From: Campylobacterales bacterium
Lineage (GTDB): Bacteria; Campylobacterota; Campylobacteria; Campylobacterales; Sulfurimonadaceae
Assembly: GCA_024280035.1 (NCBI GenBank)
Contig: JAJRQV010000073.1
Coordinates: forward strand, 1,316-65,315
Direction of reading: 5' to 3'
Length of the DNA: 64,000 bases
The notes under the pieces are model-generated. The model saw nothing but the letters and a program-made list of their open reading frames with translations, ran no database searches and was not told the DNA's origin. Shown here piece after piece: positions 32,946 to 42,152 of the stretch. The position numbers and the translations under genes were made by a program. How positions within the stretch are numbered: the stretch's first letter is position 1; each line of letters begins with the position of its first letter.

Positions 32946-33890
32946 ACCAATAATGCTAATGCCTTATAATCAGCTGTTGAAAGTGCCAGTGTCTCTAAGT
33001 CTTTTAAACTGAACCACTCACAATCATCAATATATTTGGTATGTAAAGAGACTTGTGCCTGAAGTTTAAAATGGGAATAACTGTGCGATATTTTTCCTAA
33101 TTTATGGCTAGTTGGGATATTTTCATCTTGTGGGTATTCACAAAATCCCCATAAACCATTTAAAAACTTAGTTTCTCTTTTTCTTAGTGCATATTTTCCT
33201 TCAAAATGGTGAATAACAATATGTCGTTTACGAACAGGAATAGTTTTTTTTTGCCTTTTTTTGAGGATAAGAAAGAGGATTTTTTTTCCCTTCACACAGA
33301 GACTCAAAAGGGCATTTTTGGCATAAGGCTTCTTTTCCTTTACAAATACTTGAACCTAAGTCCATTAATGCTTGATTAAAATCATAACTTCGTTTTTTAT
33401 CTAAAAAGAGGTAAGACTTTTCCCATAACTCTTTTTCTGAGCATTTTATAATAGCAAAAAGACGATAAAGAATGCGTTTGACATTAGCATCTAAAATAGG
33501 AAGTTTTGCCTTATAAGCGAAAGAAGCAATGGCATGGGCGGTACTTTTACCAATTCCGGGAAGTTTAATAAGTTCTTCTTCTGTTAGGGGAAGTTTTGTT
33601 TGGCAGATAATTGCTGTTTTATGTAGGTTTCTTGCTCTTGTGTAATAGCCTAAGCCTTCCCATTTTTTAAGGACTTCGTCCTCTGTTGCACTTGCAAGAG
33701 TTTCAAGTCTTGGGAACTTCTCAAGGAATGGAAAATAGAACCTTTCTAAGACTGTTTTAACCTGTGTTTGTTGAAGCATAATTTCGCTTACCCAAATTCT
33801 ATAGGCATCATCTATACCTCTCCATGGAAGTTCATGTCGTCCATTGACTTTGTACCATTGATGTAGCTTATCGTGCGCTTTTTTAAACAT
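32942..33890 (-). pseudogene. mutY: A/G-specific adenine DNA glycosylase MutY, frameshifted in an A9 homopolymer
   Basis: N-terminal HhH-GPD plus 4Fe-4S loop (CKGKEALCQKCPFESLC) in ORF 33228..33890. NUDIX-like C-terminal domain (IPVRKRHIVIHHFEGKYALRKRETKFLNGLWGFCEY) in ORF 32942..33307, overlapping in different frames. Junction maps to T9 33244-33252 (A9 on the coding strand). Confidence 0.8.
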
Positions 33891-33924
33891 ATGAAAGTCT
33901 ACACTATTTTGCTACACTTTCATT

Positions 33925-34509
33925 ATGAAATTTATCAAATCCCATGTGAGTCATACCTTAGAGATAAAACAGTCTAAGTTTATTGCTCATCTTATTCCTT
34001 ATGTTTTATATGAAGAGACCTTAGCCTATTTAAAAGATAAACATCCAAAAGCAAGACATTTTGTTGTGGCATGGCGTTATATAAATAGTTTTGACCAAAT
34101 CGTTGAACACTGTTCAGATGATGGTGAACCTAAGGGGACTTCAGGAAAACCCACCTTAGCTGTACTGGCAGGAAATGAACTGATTAATTCAGCCGTTATT
34201 ATTGTGCGATATTTTGGAGGAACTAAACTGGGAACAGGAGGTTTAGTCCGTGCCTACTCACAAGCGTGTAATTTAGTGATACAAGAGGCTGAACTCTTTT
34301 CTTATGTAAAGTTAGAAAGTTTTTATTTTTCAGTGGTTTATAGTGATGTAAGTTTAATAGAACATCGCTTAACTCAATTAGAGGTCTCTTATGTTGAGAA
34401 AGAATTTGATGAAAAAGGTGCAGCATTTAAAATACAGTGTGAAAAAAGTATTTGGAAACTATTTTTTGAAGAGAATGAAGACTATTTAAAAAATGTAAGT
34501 GAGGCTTAG
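33925..34509 (+). CDS. IMPACT/YigZ family protein
   Basis: UPF0029 signature GEPKGTSGKP...RYFGGTKLG. Confidence 0.75.
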   Translation: MKFIKSHVSHTLEIKQSKFIAHLIPYVLYEETLAYLKDKHPKARHFVVAWRYINSFDQIVEHCSDDGEPKGTSGKPTLAVLAGNELINSAVIIVRYFGGTKLGTGGLVRAYSQACNLVIQEAELFSYVKLESFYFSVVYSDVSLIEHRLTQLEVSYVEKEFDEKGAAFKIQCEKSIWKLFFEENEDYLKNVSEA

Positions 34510-34625
34510 TGAAGGTGAAAGGGTTTATTATAAGCGTGAATTCAAGAAGTAGCTCTTAGGTTTTACTATTTTTTAAGTAAAGCTTAACTATAATTGCGAA
34601 CTTAAAAAAATGAAGGACACTAATT

Positions 34626-34760
34626 ATGAAACGTACTTACCAACCTCATAATACACCTCGTAAACGTACTCACGGTTTCCGTACACGTATGGCTACAAAA
34701 AATGGTCGTAAACTTATTAATAGACGCCGTGCTAAAGGCCGTAAGAGCTTATCAGTATAA
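34626..34760 (+). CDS. rpmH: 50S ribosomal protein L34
   Basis: [44 protein letters not shown]; 44 aa, not in the ORF track. Confidence 0.92.
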   Translation: MKRTYQPHNTPRKRTHGFRTRMATKNGRKLINRRRAKGRKSLSV

Positions 34761-34774
34761 ATCGATTTGAAAGA

Positions 34775-35086
34775 TTGAAACTCCCTAAAGAGTTTCAGTT
34801 AGTTTACAAAAGAGGTAAGGCAGCTCATGCTAAATCCTCAGTACTGTTTTACCTTAAGGGTAAAGAGTATAAAAAAGGCTTTACCGCCAGCAAGAAAGTC
34901 GGCAATGCGGTTTATAGAAATCGTGCTAAACGTCGTCTTCGTGCACTCTTCCAAGAATTCTAATTAGAAATGAACTCCGGTACTTATATTTTTGTTGCAA
35001 AAGAAGCGATTCGAGAAACCTCTGCGGATGCATTAAAAAAAGATGTTTTAAAAGCTCTTAAACGAGTAGGTGGCTTAAAAACATGA
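34775..35086 (+). pseudogene. rnpA: RNase P protein component with in-frame TAA at 34961-34963
   Basis: N-terminal 62 aa (ORF 34775..34963, ...RNRAKRRLRALFQEF) continues in frame as LEMNSGTYIFVAKEAIRETSADALKKDVLKALKRVGGLKT* to TGA 35084-35086. Total 103 codons, equal to RnpA length. Confidence 0.8.
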
Positions 35087-35415
35087 TTCGTAAGTTTTTA
35101 CTCTCTCTTCTTAGTATTTATCAAAAATTCTTTACATTAATTGGTTACGGTTCATGTCGATATTACCCGACATGTTCAGAATATGCTAAATGGCAGTTTG
35201 AAAAAAACCCACTTCATACGGCATTCTTTCAAACATTGTTACGAATTCTACGTTGTAATCAACTATTTCCAGGCGGAATTGACTATCCTTTAACAAAAAA
35301 ACTAAATTGTAAGATTAAAAAAGATAAAATGTCTCCAATAAAATATTGGTATGTGCCAAAAGGTAAAAACCAATATTATTTAATTAAAAATTTCTCTAAA
35401 GGCAAATCGTGTTAG
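35083..35415 (+). CDS. yidD: membrane protein insertion efficiency factor YidD
   Basis: YGSCRYYPTCSEYA motif. Confidence 0.8.
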   Translation: MIRKFLLSLLSIYQKFFTLIGYGSCRYYPTCSEYAKWQFEKNPLHTAFFQTLLRILRCNQLFPGGIDYPLTKKLNCKIKKDKMSPIKYWYVPKGKNQYYLIKNFSKGKSC

Positions 35416-36989
35416 ATAAAATGACTCCAAATCAGAGATTGATATTAGCTCTTGTCATCTCTTTCTTTTTCTTAATGGCATATTCCGCTGTTTTTCCACC
35501 TGAAGAACAGGTAGGAACTGAACAAAATACAACCGTACAAAAGAGTGAAGTTTCTTCAACTTCATATAATGGTATCAGCAGTGTTGATCTGGGGCATGAT
35601 ACACAAGCAACAACACAGGCAAGAAGTTCAGATGCAATTTTGGCAACACTTAAAGGGGCTAATTACACATTAACCATTGATACCTTAGGTAGAATTGATC
35701 AAAAAGAGATGTTAGAAGAGAAGTTTAAAAGTAAAGACGGGGTGGATGCTAAATTAGTTTCTGAAACAGGAGCTAAACCACTGTATATCCGTTTTACAGA
35801 TAAGGCTTTAAATGATGAGGCTATCTCAACACCTTATACTTCGAATGTAAAAGAAGCCAATTTAGTTGATGGGCATGTTTCTATTACCCTTACCCAAAAA
35901 CTTTCATCTCTGACGGTAACAAAGAATCTTACTTTTTATAGTGATGGGCATTATGATGTAAAAATTAATATGAGTAAAGATGTTCGTTATTATGTTTACT
36001 TAGGCATGCACCCCACTTTTCCTGACAAGCAGATGATGGCAGTTGAAGGTGTAATGGTTTACTCTTCAAATGACATTAGTACAATTATTACCGATGGTGA
36101 TGCTGAAAGTATGACCTCTTATGTAGATACCGTTCTTGTTTCTTCTTTTTCACAATATTTTGCTTCGATTTTTTATAATGTTGGAAGAGATACTACGATA
36201 AAGGTTGATCGTGATAGAGATGACAATCCTGTTGTTTTTATGGAAGGGAAAAAAGACTTTAGCTTTAATGGTTATATTGTACCAAAAGATTATAAAATTT
36301 TAAATTCTATTAAGCCTGAACTTACGAATGCTATTGAGTATGGTTGGTTCACTTTTGTAGCCGCACCTCTGTTTCAATTTTTAATGTTTTTACATGATTA
36401 TGTAGGTAACTGGGGTTGGGCAATTGTAATTTTAACACTTGTTATTCGTATTTTACTCTTTCCTTTGACATTTAAAGGGATGCTTTCAATGGCAAAACTT
36501 AAAGAAGTGTCACCAAAAGTAAAAGAACTTCAAGCGAAGTTCAAAGGTGATCCACAACGTATGAATGCCGCTGTTATGGAACTTTACAAGAAAGAGGGTG
36601 CTAATCCATTAGGCGGATGTTTACCACTTTTATTGCAAATCCCTGTGTTTTTTGCAATATATAGGGTATTATTAAATGCTGTAGAATTAAAAGGTGCAGA
36701 GTGGATTTTTTGGATTACAGATTTGGCACATATGGATCCAACATTTGTTTTACCAATTATTATGGGTGCAACGATGTTTTATCAACAACATATTACGCCA
36801 AGTAATTTTACTGATCCAATGCAAGAAAAAATATTTAAATTTTTACCACTTATATTTACATTTTTCTTTATCACGTTCCCAGCAGGACTTGTTCTGTACT
36901 GGGCAGTAAATAATATATTCTCAATAGCGCAACAAGCAGTAGTAAATAAAAAATTTGCAGCCCATAAGAAGGCTAAATTAGAGGAATAA
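35409..36989 (+). CDS. yidC: membrane protein insertase YidC
   Basis: Large periplasmic domain plus 5-TM 60 kDa insertase core. Confidence 0.9.
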   Translation: MLDKMTPNQRLILALVISFFFLMAYSAVFPPEEQVGTEQNTTVQKSEVSSTSYNGISSVDLGHDTQATTQARSSDAILATLKGANYTLTIDTLGRIDQKEMLEEKFKSKDGVDAKLVSETGAKPLYIRFTDKALNDEAISTPYTSNVKEANLVDGHVSITLTQKLSSLTVTKNLTFYSDGHYDVKINMSKDVRYYVYLGMHPTFPDKQMMAVEGVMVYSSNDISTIITDGDAESMTSYVDTVLVSSFSQYFASIFYNVGRDTTIKVDRDRDDNPVVFMEGKKDFSFNGYIVPKDYKILNSIKPELTNAIEYGWFTFVAAPLFQFLMFLHDYVGNWGWAIVILTLVIRILLFPLTFKGMLSMAKLKEVSPKVKELQAKFKGDPQRMNAAVMELYKKEGANPLGGCLPLLLQIPVFFAIYRVLLNAVELKGAEWIFWITDLAHMDPTFVLPIIMGATMFYQQHITPSNFTDPMQEKIFKFLPLIFTFFFITFPAGLVLYWAVNNIFSIAQQAVVNKKFAAHKKAKLEE

Positions 36990-36992
36990 TCT

Positions 36993-38054
36993 ATGCTCAA
37001 AATAGAAGCACAGACACTTGAGAGTGCCTACTCTCAAGCAGCACAAGAGCTTTCATGCTCGATAACACAATTAAATATAGAAATTATACAGGCGCCAACA
37101 AATGGTTTTTTAGGTTTTTTTAGAAAACAGGCAATAATTGTAGTTATGCGTAAGCCTGAGGAAGAACATGCTTCGTTAAAAACACCTGAAAAGACAGCTT
37201 CTCCTGTTAAAGAAGAGAAAACAAAAAACCCTGTAAAAGAAGAGAAGAAGAGCGAAGTAAAAGTAGAATCTAAAGCAGAAGTCAGACCTAAAAAGAGCAA
37301 GGCTCCTATTAAAAAAGCTAAAAAAGAGAAAGTTTTACATAATGACATTATCTTACCTGCTTCTTTTGTAACTGATCAAGAAGAAGATGATTATGATGGT
37401 TCAGAGCTATATGCAGATGATGAAGAGATTTATGTAGGTGAAGAGACTGAAATCTGTAATACATCTCATGATGAAATTCATAAACAGTTAGCAGGCATTA
37501 AGAGTACACGTATTAAAGAAAATAGTGCCGTGGATAATTTTTTTCAAGAAAAAAATTATGAAGATAAGTGCATGCCAAGTGAAGTAGCACACGAAATTAA
37601 AGCAGAAGTTGATGCCCTTTTTAAACATGCCTGTTTTGAGATTGATGAGATAAATGTAAAAGAACATGATGAAAAAACTATTTTAGTAGAGTTTACAGGT
37701 AAGGATGCTGCCTTACTTATTGGTAAAGAAGGTTACCGTTATAAGGCACTTTCTTATATGCTTTATAACTGGATTAATGCTAAGTATCAACTTCAGCTTC
37801 GTCTTGAAATTGCAGAATTTTTGAAAAATCAAGAAGAGATGATTAATAAATATCTTGAGGGTGTTTATACAAATATTAATCGTGATGGAAAAGCACAAAC
37901 AAAAATCCTTGATGGGGTACTGGTTCAGATTGCTTTACGTGAATTACGTACAACTTATCCAGATAAATATGTAGCTATCCGTTCAACACGAGATGGTGCA
38001 AAATTTATTATTATTAACTCATTTAATAATTCTAACGATAATAAAAACTATTAG
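36993..38054 (+). CDS. jag: Jag/KhpB-like RNA-binding protein (Jag-N, Lys/Glu-rich linker, KH/R3H)
   Basis: Jag N-terminal domain, C-terminal KH/R3H-like region; position between yidC and mnmE. Confidence 0.65.
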   Translation: MLKIEAQTLESAYSQAAQELSCSITQLNIEIIQAPTNGFLGFFRKQAIIVVMRKPEEEHASLKTPEKTASPVKEEKTKNPVKEEKKSEVKVESKAEVRPKKSKAPIKKAKKEKVLHNDIILPASFVTDQEEDDYDGSELYADDEEIYVGEETEICNTSHDEIHKQLAGIKSTRIKENSAVDNFFQEKNYEDKCMPSEVAHEIKAEVDALFKHACFEIDEINVKEHDEKTILVEFTGKDAALLIGKEGYRYKALSYMLYNWINAKYQLQLRLEIAEFLKNQEEMINKYLEGVYTNINRDGKAQTKILDGVLVQIALRELRTTYPDKYVAIRSTRDGAKFIIINSFNNSNDNKNY

Positions 38055-38062
38055 GAGATAAA

Positions 38063-39406
38063 GTGAACGATACAATTGCGGCAGTTGCTACAGCCCACGG
38101 TATCGGCTCTATTTCTATTATCCGTCTTAGCGGTAACAACTCTCTGGAAATTGCCAAAATACTTTCGAAAAAACAGGGCTTTAAAGCCCGTAATGCAAGA
38201 TTAACAACACTTTTTAATAAAGATGATGAGCTTATTGATGAGGCTATTGTTATCTACTTTCAAAACCCTCACTCTTTTACGGCTGAAGACATTGTTGAGT
38301 TTCAGTGTCATGGTGGAAAAATTGTTGCAGAGCAGGTCTTAAATGCAGTCTTAGATGCAGGGGCTAGACTTGCACAACCGGGTGAGTTTTCAAAACGTGC
38401 TTTTTTAAATGGACGTATTGACCTTACCGAAGCCGAAGCAATTTCACAACTCATTGAAGCTAAGAGTGAAGATGCTGCAAAAATTCTAGCAAAACAGATG
38501 AAGGGTGAACTAAAGACCTATGTTGAGACAGTAAGAGATGACCTTTTACATGCCTTGGCGTATTCTGAAGTAACAATTGATTATGCAGAAGAAGATCTTC
38601 CTCAAGACTTGATAAACCAGATTTTAGAGCGTCTTGAAAATTTATATCTAGGGCTTTGTGATACCTTACAAGCGAGTCAGAGTCGAGCAGGTTTAATGCA
38701 AGGTTTTAAAGTTGCAATTATTGGTAAACCTAATGTAGGGAAAAGTTCTCTTTTAAATGTACTTCTAAATTATAAACGTGCAATTGTTTCAGAAATTGCA
38801 GGAACAACACGTGATACCATTGAAGAAGAGGTTAAAATAGGTACACATCTTATTCGTATGGTTGACACAGCAGGAATTCGTGCGGCTACAGATGAGATAG
38901 AACGTATTGGAATTGAAAGAAGTATAGAGGCTATTGAGCAGAGTGATATTGTTATTGCTCTATTTGATAACTCTCGCATTTTTGATGATGAAGATAGAAA
39001 AATTGTTGAACTTATAGAGCAGTACAAAGGTGAAAAGTCGTTTATCTCTTTAATCAATAAAACAGACTTAGAAACTAAATTTGAGCTGAGTGCTATTGAA
39101 ATGTATAGACCTATTTCCTTAAGTTGTAAAGAAAATGCAAGAGAGTTAATTAAGGTCCTACATGAAATTATGGATACTCAAAATGTATCTGATGAAATTA
39201 TGCTTATCTCAACACGTCAAATTAATGCAGTAAAAAATGCCTTAGTAGAGATTAAGGAAGCAAAACAGCCTTTACAAGATCAAGATCTTGAAATTATCTC
39301 TTTTCATATGAACAGAGCGATTACAGAAATTTCATCCATTACACGCCCTTACGAGCACTCACAGATGCTAGATAAGATGTTTGGTGATTTCTGCCTTGGT
39401 AAATAG
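38063..39406 (+). CDS. mnmE: tRNA modification GTPase MnmE
   Basis: G-domain GKPNVGKSSLLN, C-terminal CLGK; GTG start. Confidence 0.95.
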   Translation: MNDTIAAVATAHGIGSISIIRLSGNNSLEIAKILSKKQGFKARNARLTTLFNKDDELIDEAIVIYFQNPHSFTAEDIVEFQCHGGKIVAEQVLNAVLDAGARLAQPGEFSKRAFLNGRIDLTEAEAISQLIEAKSEDAAKILAKQMKGELKTYVETVRDDLLHALAYSEVTIDYAEEDLPQDLINQILERLENLYLGLCDTLQASQSRAGLMQGFKVAIIGKPNVGKSSLLNVLLNYKRAIVSEIAGTTRDTIEEEVKIGTHLIRMVDTAGIRAATDEIERIGIERSIEAIEQSDIVIALFDNSRIFDDEDRKIVELIEQYKGEKSFISLINKTDLETKFELSAIEMYRPISLSCKENARELIKVLHEIMDTQNVSDEIMLISTRQINAVKNALVEIKEAKQPLQDQDLEIISFHMNRAITEISSITRPYEHSQMLDKMFGDFCLGK

Positions 39407-39465
39407 TTACTTGTAACTATGAGGTAAAGAGGTGATGTGTAGATGGGGAAAAGAGGAGATAATTC

Positions 39466-39870
39466 ATGAAGATTATTGCAATTGATTTAGGGCTTAAAAG
39501 AATAGGTTTAGCATACTCAGCTGACCCTAATTTTGTGACCCCTCTTACTGCCATTGCACGAAAAAATAGAAACCAAGCCTCTTCTGATGTTAAAGAAGTA
39601 GTTAAAGAATGGTCTGCTGAAGCTATCGTTATTGGCATTCCTTTAGGTGGAAGCTCTGAAGATGAAATGCGTCGTCGAGTGGCTCATTTTATGAATTTAG
39701 TGGACTTTGATGGTCCTGTGTATTATCAAGATGAATCACACTCTTCGATTGAAGCACAAGACTCTATGAAGGGTTTTGTAAAACAGAAAAAAGATGGTCG
39801 TATTGATTCTCTGGCGGCAAAGATTATTATTGAAAGATGGCTTCAAGGTGAGGGCAAGATCTTAGCTTAA
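39466..39870 (+). CDS. ruvX: Holliday-junction resolvase-like / pre-16S rRNA nuclease YqgF/RuvX
   Basis: MKIIAIDLGLKRIGLAYSAD... RNase H-like fold. Confidence 0.85.
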   Translation: MKIIAIDLGLKRIGLAYSADPNFVTPLTAIARKNRNQASSDVKEVVKEWSAEAIVIGIPLGGSSEDEMRRRVAHFMNLVDFDGPVYYQDESHSSIEAQDSMKGFVKQKKDGRIDSLAAKIIIERWLQGEGKILA

Positions 39871-42038
39871 TAAACAAAAAGCTCCTTACCTGAAGGCTCT
39901 TGATGGGTACAGTTAATAATAGCATCTTTTTCTTGAGAACTTAACTCTTTAATACTCGTTAAAAGTCTATATTTTCCACTGATTTTTGTCTCATTAAAAA
40001 TAGAATTTAATTTTTGTATAATCCCTTTTGTTTCAGCTTGAGTAATGTGTTTAAGAAGAACAATAAACTCTTTATTTCCCCACTTCGCAATAATATCATC
40101 TTCTCGTAATGATTTTTTAAGTAGGCTTGCGACCTTAATTAAAGCCGTATCATTAGTTTGAATGTCTTCATAAACACTGATTATACTAATGCTTATAATG
40201 GAAAAAACCCTATCTGATTTTCTTTTATATTTGATGATATTACATAATTTCTCTTGAAAATAGATACGCGAATGGAGTTGGGTTAATTTATCTATATTTT
40301 TAATCTTATTAAACTCTTTTAAATTTCGCTCTTGTATAGACTTTTTCATACGATAATTATCCGAAATAATGAAACCTTCAGTTACACCAAAAAGCCCATC
40401 ATTCACACTAAAGTCAAAATAACGAACGGCACCTTCTTCATAAAGCTCAATATATTGTTTAAACAGGGTAGGTACTACGGTTCCTAAATCTTTTAAATAT
40501 CTTTTTAAGACAATAAACCCTTCTTTATAAGAGAGGTGTTTAAAGAGTTTATCAAACTCTTCTTGATTCTTTTTTGACATAATATAAGGCTGTTTTGCTG
40601 TCATCATCTTAGTTTCACAGGCAAAATGATGGGTATAAAAATAGACCAGTGCTGCAACAGCTTGTTGAGGGGTATCTGCATTAATCGTTACCACACCATA
40701 GGTGTACTGAATATGGGGATTGTGAGCGAGATAAACAGTCACTGCCTGCCATAAACTATCAAAGGCACGTGAACCCCAATACTTAGGTTGTATAAACGAA
40801 CGCCCCAGTTCTACTGAGTTTCCACAGTAGTCTTTAAAGAGCGCATTAAAATGACAAAGGTTAGAGGTGTATAAACCTTCTTGACCTCTATCTTCAATAA
40901 TTTTTTTACATTCACCAATTCTATACGCACCAACAATTTCAAGATCATTATCATCCCAAAGGATAAGATGTTTATAATGGTTATCAAAGGCATCATTGTC
41001 ACGTGCAGTTCCTGTTCCACCACCAATGGCTCTAAATGAAATTTCTCTAACCCTACCTAACTCACTAATGAGAAAAGGGGAGTGTCCAGCCTCAGCTAGG
41101 ATTATCTTTTTCCCAGTATTAGTATAACCAAGGAATTCCGCTTTTTTTACCTCTTCTTTTAACTGTTTTCTATTTTTTGGTTTACCAATAGTTATCTAAG
41201 TTTTTAAAACTTTTTGTTTGTCCGTGCCTATATTATAAAGATGGGCATAAAACATATCTATATACTCATAATTATCTATGTTTTTATTTGAAAATGATTC
41301 TAAGGGTATAACCTTTCCAATATTAAGATGAAGGGCTTCTCTTTTGCCAGCTAAGGCAAACTCTCTAGGTAAAAGTAAGCCTGCCATCTTAGTGGGTAAC
41401 AGTGCTACTAATTGATAAAACAATAAACTGTTTCTTCCCTCAATACGAATAGGTAAAATAGGTGTATTTGAGCGGCGTGCAATTTTTAAGAAACTTGCCT
41501 TCCATGTACTGTCTTTAAGCCCGTGAATAGACAAACGGTTCACCACCCCTGTAGGAAAGATAATAATAACTTCATCATTTTCAAGTAAGCGGTCAACTTC
41601 TTGAAGGCTTTTTTTAGTGATAGCACCATTAATGTTATCAACAGGTACCATAATAGGTGCAATCTGTTCTATTCCCATCAACATACCATTAACAAGAAGT
41701 TTAACCTTTCTGTTTTCTCTTCTACTGGCAATGACTTGGGTTAAAGACAAGGCATCAGAAGCCCCTGTTACATGATTGGCAATAACTAAGAGTTTTCCTG
41801 TTGCTGGAATATTTTGGAGTTCATGGGGTTTAACTGTGTAAGAGATACGTAGGTTCTTAAGCATACTATCAACAAAATCTAAGCCTGAAAGATGATGATT
41901 GTTTTTGTAAATATCTGGGAAAGTTTTTTCATGAAGAACTTTTTTTAGTATTTTGACAAAGAGGTTAAAAAATGGTTTAGGTAGTTTTTTCTTTAAATTA
42001 GGCAGACTCTTATTAACAGCAACATCAACATTAAACAT
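39867..42038 (-). pseudogene. olsF: OlsF-like bifunctional ornithine-lipid acyltransferase with C-terminal degenerate GGDEF domain; reading frame interrupted by in-frame TAG (41196-41198)
   Basis: ORF 41196..42038 is a PlsC-like acyltransferase (NHVTGASD). The same frame stays open after its TAG for 443 codons. These encode an OlsB-like N-acyltransferase (LYTSNLCHFNALF...ELGRSFIQPKYWGS) and a degenerate GGDEF (DKLTQLHSRIYF...WGNKEF). No start codon lies between the stop and the OlsB-like region. Confidence 0.6.
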
Positions 42039-42152
42039 AATTTTCCTCCTTCTGTTATTTCAATCCTATGAGTGTATAGGAATATAACTAATACTCAAGA
42101 AAATTTTAGAGGAAAATGGTATCTTTTTCTAATCTGTTACTATAAGTAGGTC

